64,000 nt of DNA from Candidatus Desulfosporosinus nitrosoreducens. Its GTDB lineage: Bacteria; Bacillota; Desulfitobacteriia; Desulfitobacteriales; Desulfitobacteriaceae. This document shows, piece by piece, positions 44,230-53,927 of this stretch; positions within the stretch are counted from its first letter, which is position 1; each line of letters begins with the position of its first letter. The position numbers and the translations under genes are program-made. The stretch lies in NCBI RefSeq assembly GCF_030954495.1, contig NZ_JAVHUW010000082.1:173108-237107 (forward strand), read 5' to 3'. The notes below the pieces were generated by a model. It was given only the letters and a program-made list of their open reading frames with translations. It ran no database searches and was not told where the DNA came from.

Positions 44230-44439
44230 TTATATGTATACCAGTGGAAATGTAAAATGGTCTACTTCGCTCAAAAGCATGTCGTAGGGACGGATATATA
44301 CCCTGAAATCGTCATACAGCGCCTGATAAACAATATATTTTTCCGCAGTTTCGTTGTGAGTGGCAACCGCCAGTAGTTGGTAAATTTTATTCTTGGAATG
44401 GCGGTACTTGCCGCCGATTACTGGTTTTCTTGGTTTCAT
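44230..44439 (-). CDS. DUF1653-family small protein
   Basis: MKPRKPVIGGKYRHSKNKIYQLLAVATHNETAEKYIVYQALYDDFRVYIRP matches the DUF1653 pattern (KYRHYKG..Y.V...A.H.ET.E..VVY.ALY). Has an AGGAGG RBS. Confidence 0.7.
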   Translation of the reverse strand: MKPRKPVIGGKYRHSKNKIYQLLAVATHNETAEKYIVYQALYDDFRVYIRPYDMLLSEVDHFTFPLVYI

Positions 44440-44812
44440 AAGTACCTCCTGCGATATATAAAAGATGACAAGCGCCAAACTACCTGGGTTTTTGCTGTAA
44501 TAATCGGAATGGTTTGTGTAAACGGGCAAGCCTTGTCACAGGGAAGAACTTCTTGGGGATTGATTTGCGGGATATTATCGGCAATCATGTATGCTATTAT
44601 GGTGATTTTCAACAAAAAGGCTGTTAGCATAAACTCGAAAATTCCATGTGGCAGCTAATTACGAGCTTTCCCGTATTGGGAAAAGCATATAATCGTTAAA
44701 GGTTTAAGCAATTTACATTCCACCGTGGTTAGATTCTGACCACTGGGCGCTGGTAAGGGGGGCACAAAGAACGCCCGCGAAAATCGCAGGCGTTCACAAT
44801 ATAATTCTATTT

Positions 44813-45988
44813 CTATTTCTTTCTCATCTTCTCTGGAATATATACGCAGAATGGCTCTGATGCCATATAGTTTCCAGTTGCGCCGTACGCACGTGCTCTT
44901 GATCCCCCACAAACTTTGTTGTACTCACAAATACCACATTTACCTTCGTATTTATCTGGTGAACGCAAGTCTTTTAAAATAGGGCTTTCGCGGTAGATGT
45001 CGCGCAGTCTATTTTCTTTAACATTACCAACTACTAATGGTAAAAATCCACTTGGCATAACGTCACCAGTGTGTGATACGAAGATGAAACCATTTCCATC
45101 GTTAACTGCTTTTGGTGCCCTTGCCAGACCGTCAATGAACTGAGCCATGTCACGTGTCTTAGTACCTTCGAAAGTGATTTCCCCACTTGTAGTACCGTTT
45201 TCCTTAGCACGTTGTTGGAATACAACACGACGATAGTGCTGACCAGCAGTTGTTTTTATATCATAAGGCGCAACTTTACTTAACTCGTAAAGCCACTTGA
45301 ATACTTCTTCGTGCTCAGCAGCTGTTATGCAATCATCCATTGAAGCACGTCCAGTTGGAATCAGCATCAAAATGTACCAAACCGAAGTCTTCAACTCTTT
45401 CATCAATTCCGCCATTTGCTCAAGTTGGTGTAAGTTTGCTTTGTTAATGCAAGTATTGATTTGATGAGAAATACCAATTTCATTTAAATACTTAAGTTTC
45501 TCGATTGTTAAATCAAAAGTTCCATCGATTCCACGGAAAGCATCGTGCGTCTTAGCATCTGCACCGTCAATTGAGAAACTCCAACGAGAAATCCCAACTT
45601 CTTTCGCCATGTCCATGCGCTCTTTTGTTACTTCAACAGTAGCACTTGGGCTCATCGAAACACGCATTCCTTTTTTAATAGCGTAGTCTGCTAATTCAAA
45701 AAGGTCTTTGCGAAGCATGCAGTCCCCACCAGTGAAAACTAGCATCGGGTTGTCCATTTCGTAGATTTCATCAATTAGCGCGATACCTTGCTCGTGCGTT
45801 AACTCCTCTGGATGCGGATCAGGTTGCGCATCTGCACGACAGTGTTGGCACTTAAGCCCACATGCACGAGTAGTTTCCCAGATTACGATGAACGGGTTCC
45901 TATCGTAGTCAACATTCATTCCTGGGTGCCCACCTGGATGACCACCTTTACCGTGCGGATGTCCACCCATTTTCATTTTATTTTCCAT
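44813..45988 (-). CDS. radical SAM/SPASM-domain protein with a His/Gly-rich N-terminal tail
   Basis: CxxxCxxC (ACGLKCQHC) after ..NPFIVIWETTRA.. A C-terminal Cys cluster (KCGICEYNKVCGGSRARAY) is typical of SPASM. The N-terminus is GGHPHGKGGHPGGHPG. Confidence 0.75.
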   Translation of the reverse strand: MENKMKMGGHPHGKGGHPGGHPGMNVDYDRNPFIVIWETTRACGLKCQHCRADAQPDPHPEELTHEQGIALIDEIYEMDNPMLVFTGGDCMLRKDLFELADYAIKKGMRVSMSPSATVEVTKERMDMAKEVGISRWSFSIDGADAKTHDAFRGIDGTFDLTIEKLKYLNEIGISHQINTCINKANLHQLEQMAELMKELKTSVWYILMLIPTGRASMDDCITAAEHEEVFKWLYELSKVAPYDIKTTAGQHYRRVVFQQRAKENGTTSGEITFEGTKTRDMAQFIDGLARAPKAVNDGNGFIFVSHTGDVMPSGFLPLVVGNVKENRLRDIYRESPILKDLRSPDKYEGKCGICEYNKVCGGSRARAYGATGNYMASEPFCVYIPEKMRKK

Positions 45989-46517
45989 CTCAAATCACTC
46001 AATCCATTTTAGTTTTCTAAATAAAGATTTTACACAAAAATCTGGCGAAAGTCCATTGATTGGACTTTTCGCTATTGTCCAACAAAACTTTCAGTTGAAT
46101 CCAAAACAGCCTGTTTCTCGCCAGTTTTCTCATATTATGGGCCATACAATATAGTCCCCACTCTAGTTTGCCTTATCTGATCCCTTCAGGATAAATCGTC
46201 GTACACCAAAATTACCCTTTATATCTTCAAAGACATTTTCTACCTCTACCGATCTTAAGCTTTGCATTCTTAGACCGTATTCGCTGCTTAAAGGTAAGGC
46301 CATGCTCGTCCTTATACATTATCACGTCCCGGCCATCAAAAATGATTTCTGCCGGAACCATGAAATTTTTCTCGTTTAGGATGTCTCATACGACACAAGA
46401 GACAAAGTCCTTGGCGTCTTTCATCGTTACAGATATAATAAACAGCTTTTTTCCCAACAGCATATATGTCTCCTTCTACCCACCCCGAGCGGCTCCATTC
46501 CTTTGTAAAATATCCAC

Positions 46518-47510
46518 TTATTCAGGTTTTTCTAATTTTATCTCGAATTCCAGTTCCATTAGATGGTCCGCCCATGTATGATTTTCTTTTTCTCCCACCT
46601 TGCCAAAACCGGCTTTGGTGTACATGCCAATCGCTTTTTCCAAATCTTGAGTAGTATCAAGGTAGACCGCTTTGTATCCCTTTTCCCGACAGAAGTCCAA
46701 GGATTCATTCAATAACCGTTTGCCCAGACCAAGGCCTCGGTAATTCGGATGCAGAAGAAACCACCGCAGTTGGGCTCTGTCACCACGGCCTACAATCCCT
46801 ATGCAACCGATGATCTCACAATTATGTTCTGCAATCCACAGCCTGTCTCTGTTGGCATTATAGTTGAGCAGGAATTCAAAAAAAGACTGTGCAACGTACC
46901 CTTCAAAAGCGGTTGTATAGTTATATTCATGCTTATAAATCCAGCCGTGCATATAGGTGATATAACCCGCATCACCCGGTTTGATAGTATGGCGGATGGT
47001 TATGTCTTCGGGCTTTATATTCTTGCCTTCGGTCAGCACATTTTCAATAGATGCCATATTGAGTACCAGTTTGGCTTGACTTTCTTCTGATAACGGCTGA
47101 ATTAAATTATAAATCTGTTCATCCGAACGTGTGTTTAACGCATCCATTTTTTCTTGGCCGTTTTGGGTTAGGTAAAGGAATTGTGAACGACCATCTTCCG
47201 GAGACTGCCTTTTCTCTATCAACCCATATTTCTGAAATTGTTTAAGGATTCGGCTCAAATATCCCGAATCCATACAAAGAATCTCCGCAAGTTTTTTAGA
47301 TGTGCAATCCTCCGTCTTTTCAATCTCGTGAAGCACCCTTACCTCTGATAGAGTAAAATCACTTTCCAGAATATGTTGGTCAAGTAATCCCAGCACATTC
47401 GTATAGTAACGGTTAAAGCTCCTGATGATACCTACTTCTTTTTTTAGTTTACTGTTCATATCGCAAACCTCCCTTAGAAGTATAATATCGAATTTTATTG
47501 CCTCAGTCAA
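46518..47510 (-). CDS. MarR-type HTH fused to a GNAT acetyltransferase domain
   Basis: N-terminal MarR-like wHTH (LSEVRVLHEIEKTEDCTSKKLAEILCMDSGYLSRILKQFQKYGLI). The C-terminus carries a GNAT motif (RGLGLGKRLLNESLDFCREKGY). Confidence 0.7.
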   Translation of the reverse strand: MTEAIKFDIILLREVCDMNSKLKKEVGIIRSFNRYYTNVLGLLDQHILESDFTLSEVRVLHEIEKTEDCTSKKLAEILCMDSGYLSRILKQFQKYGLIEKRQSPEDGRSQFLYLTQNGQEKMDALNTRSDEQIYNLIQPLSEESQAKLVLNMASIENVLTEGKNIKPEDITIRHTIKPGDAGYITYMHGWIYKHEYNYTTAFEGYVAQSFFEFLLNYNANRDRLWIAEHNCEIIGCIGIVGRGDRAQLRWFLLHPNYRGLGLGKRLLNESLDFCREKGYKAVYLDTTQDLEKAIGMYTKAGFGKVGEKENHTWADHLMELEFEIKLEKPE

Positions 47511-47932
47511 TTATATTATATGACAAAGTCATATAAATGGCACAAACTTTAGGAAGCCATGATACCTTTAAAGATGGAGAAAACGAAGGAAAAGAAAAAC
47601 GGCAAGCAGGGCAAGTGTCAACACACTTGCGTATTTTTTGCACTTTGCCCTGCGGCCAAAACACAAAAAATCTGCTTGTTGGGGCCAGCCCCAAACCCAT
47701 GCCGTATCGGGCCAACTTGGCCCGATATATGAGCACTTCGCGCCCGTGCTGCGTTACATCGCTATCGCTCCTGTTCCCCAATAAGAAGCTCCGTTCTCAT
47801 GACATCTGTCGGTTTCCTGCCTTGGCAATCCAGCCGGTTCTTTTGCATTGAGCTAAAGAACATTCTGTCACTTTCTTGCATAAATTGGCTAAGTAAAAAG
47901 GACTACGTTTTAAGTAGAAAGGAAGCGACGCA

Positions 47933-49078
47933 ATGATGGCCAAACCGTTTGTCAGGAAGATGTTTCCGGGTGCTGTAACCTCCCAAGGCTTTTACTCCTA
48001 CTACAATTACATTATCGAGCCGGATGCCCTACATATTTTTGTAATCAAAGGTGGTCCCGGGGTAGGTAAATCGACCTTCATGAAAAAAATTGCTGAATCT
48101 ATGTTAAAAATGGGTTATGACCTTGAATACCATTGTTGTTCCTCCGACAACAATTCCATCGACGGCTTAGTCATTCCCTCCTTAAGAATTGCCCTCATGG
48201 ACGGCACCGCCCCGCATATTGTTGATCCGAAGAATCCCGGAGCAGTGGATGAAATCATTAACCTGGGGGAATATTGGGACGAAAGCGTGATTCAAAAAGC
48301 AAAACCGCAGATTATGCGCTGCAATTATCAGATCGGCCGTTATTTCCAAGCTGCTTATTTGGCCTTAAGAGAGGCCCAAATAGCCTTGGAAGAGTGGGAG
48401 TTCTACGTGAAGGAGTTCCAAAATTGGCAGGTTATCAACCAGATAACTCTAAATATTGAAAAGAAGCTATTCACAGAGGGCAAAGGCGGGAATGGCAAAG
48501 GACGCCATCTTTTTGCCTGGTCCCATACCCCTCAAGGCAAAGTTCAATATATTGACACTTTGCTGAAGGATATCACCACTCTCTATACCCTGGAAGGGCA
48601 GCCGGGCACCGGGAAGTCGACTTTCTTAAGCCATGTTGCCGAAAGGGCCAGTGCTTATGGCTTAAACGTCGAGTATTATCACAATATCCTTGAACCGGCT
48701 AAGCTGGATCTGATTATCATACCCGAACTGCACCTGGCTATGAGTGTGGTTTCCGCGCCCTACGAATATACGCCGAAGTTTTCCGGCCAACAGATCACCC
48801 TGGATTTTGATCAGAGTGTCAACATGATTGGCCTTGCTGATTTTGCCGGCGATATTGAAGATTGCCGCGAACGGGTGAATAAAAATATTGAGCGGGCAAT
48901 TAAGAACTCCAGCCGGGCTAAAGCAACCCATGATTTGTTGGAGACCTATTATGTTGCCGCTATGGACTTCCCCGCCATCGAGAAAAAACGCCAGGAAATC
49001 GAAGCCCGCATCCTCAATATGAGTGATCTGGATATTGCCGTGAGCGCAGCGGGAACAGCATTGCCTGATAAGACCTGA
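47933..49078 (+). CDS. P-loop NTPase with two Walker-A motifs (tandem kinase-like halves)
   Basis: GGPGVGKST at residues ~41-49 and GQPGTGKST at ~224-232. Confidence 0.6.
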   Translation: MMAKPFVRKMFPGAVTSQGFYSYYNYIIEPDALHIFVIKGGPGVGKSTFMKKIAESMLKMGYDLEYHCCSSDNNSIDGLVIPSLRIALMDGTAPHIVDPKNPGAVDEIINLGEYWDESVIQKAKPQIMRCNYQIGRYFQAAYLALREAQIALEEWEFYVKEFQNWQVINQITLNIEKKLFTEGKGGNGKGRHLFAWSHTPQGKVQYIDTLLKDITTLYTLEGQPGTGKSTFLSHVAERASAYGLNVEYYHNILEPAKLDLIIIPELHLAMSVVSAPYEYTPKFSGQQITLDFDQSVNMIGLADFAGDIEDCRERVNKNIERAIKNSSRAKATHDLLETYYVAAMDFPAIEKKRQEIEARILNMSDLDIAVSAAGTALPDKT

Positions 49079-49114
49079 TCTATTGCAAAGACCACAAGGT
49101 TTTGGGCCTTGTGG

Positions 49115-49240
49115 TCTTTGCTACATTTCATTAGTATTCCTGATAATTTCAAGATACTTTCCAAGTTCTTCAAGAAGATGTTCCCCAACTAAAGAAACCA
49201 TTTTGTAGAATCATTACCCTTTGAATAACTTAAAGCGGGG
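49115..49240 (-). pseudogene. diverged duplicate of the fic 3' end (about 88% identical to 42874-42990). Cassette border.
   Basis: tttcattagtattcctgataatttcaagatactttccaagttcttcaagaag.. matches tttcattagcgttcctgataatttcaagatactttctaagttcttcaagaag... Confidence 0.7.
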
Positions 49241-49261
49241 TGGCACACATAGCCTTTAGTG

Positions 49262-49741
49262 TTAGTTAAACAATTCTGCGGCTTTTCTGGCGATCCTTTC
49301 CCCAAATATTTTTGCCCGCTCTTTTTGTCCATCATCCCCATCTTTAATACACACAGCTCCATAATGAATGAAAGGCTGTCCCTCAGCAACACCTGAAGAG
49401 TAGACCAGCATACCTTTTACCAACATCTCGGCAATCATTGAGATTTCCGCCACCTCTGCACCACCGCCAACATAATTTGCCGTAGCAAAAACAGCTCCAA
49501 GTTTTCCGCCGACATTTTTAGCTGTATCTAACCATTGCTTTAATTGAGAGGCAAAGCTTCCCGCAATCGTCGGCGATCCAACAATAACTGCTTTGGCTTC
49601 GTTCAAGAATTCGTTGTCGATTTCTTCGATCGACATACTTTTGACATCGACTTTTTCAATTCTCTTCGCACCTTCAGCTATAAGATCTGCAACCCTTTGA
49701 GTATTACCGGTCTTACTAAAATAAACAATAGCTATTTTCAT
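49262..49741 (-). CDS. flavodoxin-like protein
   Basis: MKIAIVYFSKTGNTQRVADLIAEG is a flavodoxin FMN-binding N-terminus. Confidence 0.75.
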   Translation of the reverse strand: MKIAIVYFSKTGNTQRVADLIAEGAKRIEKVDVKSMSIEEIDNEFLNEAKAVIVGSPTIAGSFASQLKQWLDTAKNVGGKLGAVFATANYVGGGAEVAEISMIAEMLVKGMLVYSSGVAEGQPFIHYGAVCIKDGDDGQKERAKIFGERIARKAAELFN

Positions 49742-49908
49742 GAAATCCCCCTCCTTTTGAACACAATTTTAACACTATTCCCACAGTTTGGAAATAAAAA
49801 TCTATACGAGTTTACGTTCATCTATCAGCTGACTCAAAGGCGCTTGGGAAAGTCCCGCTTTCATAGCAACTACCTCACTATCAAGAGGCGGCGACACAAT
49901 TAATAGTT

Positions 49909-50163
49909 TTAATTTCTTTCTTGTTTTAAGTAGCGTATGACTTTACTTTCAATTGATCTTAAAACATCGCGAGAGATATTGAACTCGGAACACAGCTGTT
50001 GTAATGTCATCGGGACTGATTCTATACCATGTCTAGCCTGGAAAATACTTTTTTCGCTGTCATTTAGGCATTTTTCCATTGCATTAAGAATTTTATTGTT
50101 ATCAAACACCGAGTTCCCCCCTGTATGAGTTCCCTTTGCTTTAGGGTATCCAAGGAGTGCCAT
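49909..50163 (-). pseudogene. sigma-70 region-4-like fragment (84 aa)
   Basis: ..MTLQQLCSEFNISRDVLRSIESKVIRYLKQ resembles a sigma region 4.2 HTH. Regions 2 and 3 are absent. Confidence 0.35.
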
Positions 50164-50229
50164 CTAACTTACACTATGGGCTTCAGAATTATGTGGATTA
50201 CTTAAAGCATCTATCCCTCTAAGTAGGAA

Positions 50230-50661
50230 TTATATCTTTGGCTCAACTACTTTGAATATAACTCTTAACATCATAATGACCGATGCAAGCCTATATTTTT
50301 TCTCAATCGGCACTGTGCTGCCATCATTCATAAAATCCCAAACATCCTGCCTTGGGATTTTTGCAAATTTTGCTATGGTATCAACACTAATCTTATGAGC
50401 TTCGATGAGCACCTCCAAAAATGCCCTGAATCTAAAATCTGGTTCATAGCTTGAAATATTCTCCAACATCAACAGTAAACTAATAAAAGAATTACGTTCT
50501 GCAAAACCGGTTGGCATTACAACCTTATGTCCGTCAAGTTTTACCCCTAACAAATTCGACAGGCATTCAGAGCTCATTCCATAACCGTTCATTAATGTAT
50601 CCAATATTTCTTCTATTTCTTTCTCGCCAACCGCCTGACAATTTCCCGGCAATATCATCAC
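50230..50661 (-). CDS. hypothetical protein (143 aa)
   Basis: ORF inside the alternative cassette payload. Confidence 0.4.
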   Translation of the reverse strand: MMILPGNCQAVGEKEIEEILDTLMNGYGMSSECLSNLLGVKLDGHKVVMPTGFAERNSFISLLLMLENISSYEPDFRFRAFLEVLIEAHKISVDTIAKFAKIPRQDVWDFMNDGSTVPIEKKYRLASVIMMLRVIFKVVEPKI

Positions 50662-50742
50662 CTCTAAAAATTAGTTCTCCTTAAATTTCCCTACGGAAAT
50701 TCCAACGAAGGCGTTGTGGAAATCGTGGAATAGGATTGAAAA

Positions 50743-51279
50743 TTATTCCACTGTAAACTTTGCGGTCAACTGATAATTATTGTAATTACCAGGACTCAGA
50801 ACTTTTAAAAAATCCGTTGCGATGCGATATGTCCCTTTCTCCAACTTATCACTATAAAGTCGGATGTTGTAGCTGTGTTTCACCTCAGAATGAGAGGCTA
50901 CCCTATGTCCAATAGAAGTAAATGCTGCTCCTTGATCTCCGATTGCTTTCCATTCATTGCCGACCAACTTCTGAATGGTGAAAGGATTACCAAACATCAG
51001 GACTTCATTGCTGTCATTTTTCCAAACTACATTTATCTCACTGACATCAGGAGGATACTGGTTCTTTTCAGTAAACATAGAAACCCCCAAGAGTTCCGAT
51101 GTTCCTTCGTTTGAACTTGGCTTATTTTCACATCCAACAGCTAAGACTATAACGCTGAGAATAAGGGCTGCTATTATTAATCTTCTCCTCATACTCATCC
51201 CTCCCAGAATACATAGCCTATCCTCGACTTTTGTAACTATTCCAATTGACTTTAATATTGAGAGTCTTAACTCTCTCAA
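50743..51279 (-). CDS. putative lipoprotein (signal peptide plus lipobox LAVGC)
   Basis: N-terminus MRRRLIIAALILSVIVLAVGCENK. Confidence 0.55.
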   Translation of the reverse strand: MRELRLSILKSIGIVTKVEDRLCILGGMSMRRRLIIAALILSVIVLAVGCENKPSSNEGTSELLGVSMFTEKNQYPPDVSEINVVWKNDSNEVLMFGNPFTIQKLVGNEWKAIGDQGAAFTSIGHRVASHSEVKHSYNIRLYSDKLEKGTYRIATDFLKVLSPGNYNNYQLTAKFTVE

Positions 51280-51304
51280 TCATCAATGCAGAAAAACCCG
51301 TAAT

Positions 51305-51372
51305 TGTCGATCTTGAAATGGCAGTACTTGCCACCGATCACTGGTTTTCTTGGTACCATAAGTACCTCCTGC
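51305..51372 (-). pseudogene. diverged duplicate of the DUF1653 5' end plus RBS (22 codons, then a stop). Cassette border.
   Basis: About 90% identical to 44386-44455. Translates MVPRKPVIGGKYCHFKIDNYGFFCIDD* on the minus strand. Confidence 0.65.
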
Positions 51373-51551
51373 GATATGTTTCAGACTATGATTCGGAAAT
51401 TTCCGGTTTTATGGATAATGGGAGGTTCAGTAAGTGGGAAGCACTGTAACAAATTAAGAATAACTAGAACAATTATGATGATAGCAAAGTGGCGTAAATT
51501 CTCTGTAATATGACGTTTCCTGCCCCAAGTTATTGCTAAATATTTCCGACC

Positions 51552-52163
51552 TTATATAAACATAAAAGTTTTACTCACCTTTTCAATCGTTTCTTTAGAT
51601 TCTGAGCTTATCTGAAATATATACCGACTATTGGATAGGAATATGTAATAATAATTTTCTTCGACCGATTTATATATATTGCAGTTTACATTATTTACAA
51701 CCATGTTTCCATCAATAACTATTCTATTTTTGAAATTGTTCTGAATAAAATTTATTATACTTTTGTATGTATCAATTCTTATTGAATCAATGTCTACATA
51801 TGGTTGTTCTTTAGAATATAAAGACAATCTTACCTCATATTCAGGGTTTGCTACTACACTATGTCCCCCAGAAATACTCGGCTCATAATTTTCTGGGTAT
51901 GCAATTTCATATCCGCATTCTAAATATCGATAAATCTTCCAGTCTTGGGGTATATTTGGGGGATTATCCTTCGGATTATGGAAATCGTCTATCTGTGTTT
52001 TTAAAGCCGTATTTTCTAATTCTATTTCAGATTTGTCAGGTTGATTTAAATTACCAACCTGCTGATGTGTCTCTACGTTACCTTTGCTTGCACAGCCAAA
52101 TAGTCCTATTATTATTGATAGAACCAATAAAATATAAAATAACCTCTTCACGATTACCCCCAT
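51552..52163 (-). CDS. putative lipoprotein
   Basis: Signal peptide with lipobox (LLVLSIIIGLFGCAS). Confidence 0.55.
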   Translation of the reverse strand: MGVIVKRLFYILLVLSIIIGLFGCASKGNVETHQQVGNLNQPDKSEIELENTALKTQIDDFHNPKDNPPNIPQDWKIYRYLECGYEIAYPENYEPSISGGHSVVANPEYEVRLSLYSKEQPYVDIDSIRIDTYKSIINFIQNNFKNRIVIDGNMVVNNVNCNIYKSVEENYYYIFLSNSRYIFQISSESKETIEKVSKTFMFI

Positions 52164-52460
52164 TGATTAATAAAAATTTCTTCGCTATGTTTGGCCAAAT
52201 TTATTTATACTATCTTTAATTGTCTGTCTCATGAAATTAATGCAAACTTGTTCGCTTTTCCTTTATTAATCATTCGACACGACGGCAATTTCACCTTTGT
52301 TTTACTCAATATGTCATAACATGCAAAACCTTGATTCGTAGATAATCAATAATTATGTTTAACAATTGACATTGAAATTAACTTCCACTAATCCTACTAA
52401 CTGCGAGAAACCTGTTTTTTGGCAACGTTAGATTTGCTTGTCGCTGAATAAAATCAACTA

Positions 52461-53144
52461 CTAATCAATTTTCTTAAAGGTTTCAGCTATCTTTGTAACG
52501 TCATTTTCCATTTGCATATACCCTCTGTATAATATCTTATCATCAGTTATATACTGTGCGTCGGTAGGCGTTGAAAGTCCAACGACTACTTTGTTATCTT
52601 CATAAATCTTTTTTAAACCTACTGCAGCATTTAACCCCTCATATTGATCGTTCCAGCCATCTATAGATTTATCAAACACTGTGATTTGAAATAGAACTCC
52701 TTCTCCATTTTTTAGCCATGTCGGCTTATGATGTATTCTTATACCAACACCCTGTACGTCTTCAACAGTATACTGATCCTGCCAATAGGCCGGAAACGCA
52801 AGGCTAAAGCTATACTTCTCATTCACATAGGTTATTTCATCAACGTCAGTATTTCCGTAAGTAATTACTTCCTGCTTATTTAAAAGATCATCAATTAATT
52901 CAAAGCTGCTGTTGCTTAATTTTAAGGAGGAAATGTCTAAGGCACTTTCTGCATTTCCGCTGGAACCTGTTTGATCAGGCTGCAACTTTTTTACTGAACT
53001 CGTAACTTCGGACTGATTCCCCAAGTTATTATCTGTAGAAGCACTGCCGGTTAACTTCTGATTCCCTGAGGAACAACCAAATGTCGCTAAAATAAGGATA
53101 CAGAATGATACAGAAATTACTTTTATGTAGTTACCTCTTTTCAA
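52461..53144 (-). CDS. putative lipoprotein
   Basis: Signal peptide with lipobox (ILILATFGCSSG) and a Ser/Thr-rich linker. Confidence 0.55.
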   Translation of the reverse strand: MKRGNYIKVISVSFCILILATFGCSSGNQKLTGSASTDNNLGNQSEVTSSVKKLQPDQTGSSGNAESALDISSLKLSNSSFELIDDLLNKQEVITYGNTDVDEITYVNEKYSFSLAFPAYWQDQYTVEDVQGVGIRIHHKPTWLKNGEGVLFQITVFDKSIDGWNDQYEGLNAAVGLKKIYEDNKVVVGLSTPTDAQYITDDKILYRGYMQMENDVTKIAETFKKID

Positions 53145-53371
53145 CCTCCAACCACCTCAAATAACTTTTCACAAACATCTGAACGTTCTGCTCTTTGCAG
53201 ATGGCCTATATTTATCCCAGGATGCAGGCAATACGCTGTCCCACTGGCAATAATAGACTTTACCGGCTGAGTCATCATGGCGAAAAGGATGAGGAGCAAT
53301 AAGAATGTATCGTAACACTTCTACTTTTCAATGGCGATTCCTGCAAGATTTAAACAAATATTCCCACATTA

Positions 53372-53565
53372 GATAAAGAAGACTTGATTTAGGGTGAAGT
53401 TTTAACTCCCTCTGAATCTTAGTCGCCCTTATCCAGGGACTTAGCCGCTTTTAACTCACCGCTTGCCGAAGCGGGAGTCTTAGAGCGGATCAGTCAGCGG
53501 ATAAAACTCCCTCTGTTAGCAAACAAGTAACCACTCCAGTAACGTGAAGTGGTTACTTGTTTTCA
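53372..53565 (+). repeat. copy 2 of the ~180-nt structured repeat / sRNA candidate. Best-preserved copy, with a strong intrinsic terminator.
   Basis: Hairpin 1: gatttagggtgaagttttaactccctctgaatc. Hairpin 2: agtcgcccttatccagggact. Hairpin 3: gccgcttttaactcaccgcttgccgaagcgggagtcttagagcgg. Terminator: aacaagtaaccact..agtggttacttgtt plus tttt. Confidence 0.65.
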
Positions 53566-53927
53566 ATTCTTAATAATTTCTTGATGCTAAGCTGATAAAA
53601 TATCCTGAACTTTATTGTATTCTGTTTGTAGAAGAAATGAAAAAGACATAAATCAGAGAAATATCAACACATGAAAAAGACTAAAAGCCGCCCTTGCTGT
53701 GGGGCGGCTTTTAAACTCTTAATGAATTAAGCTCCTGGGTTTATTTGCTTAAACCTCACCTTAAATCCGATCAGTCATTGACGAGTTTCATCTATCTTGT
53801 ATAGAAATTGAGCTTTAAGGAAAACAGAGGTTGGTCTTTGCACTGTCTGTCACTCAAACTTGTTAAAAGGTAGAGACAGCAAGTTTTAGTTGGAATCGTT
53901 TCCAGACCTCTCTCTGTCTTAGCTCTC

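Noticed and set aside
45989-46520. Possible transposase or gene remnant in the 530-bp region upstream of the radical SAM gene (short ORFs such as MVPAEIIFDGRDVIMYKDEHGLTFKQRIRSKNAKLKIGRGRK on the minus strand)
   Set aside because: The fragments are short, interrupted by stops, and match no family I can name with confidence. The region is left as unannotated.
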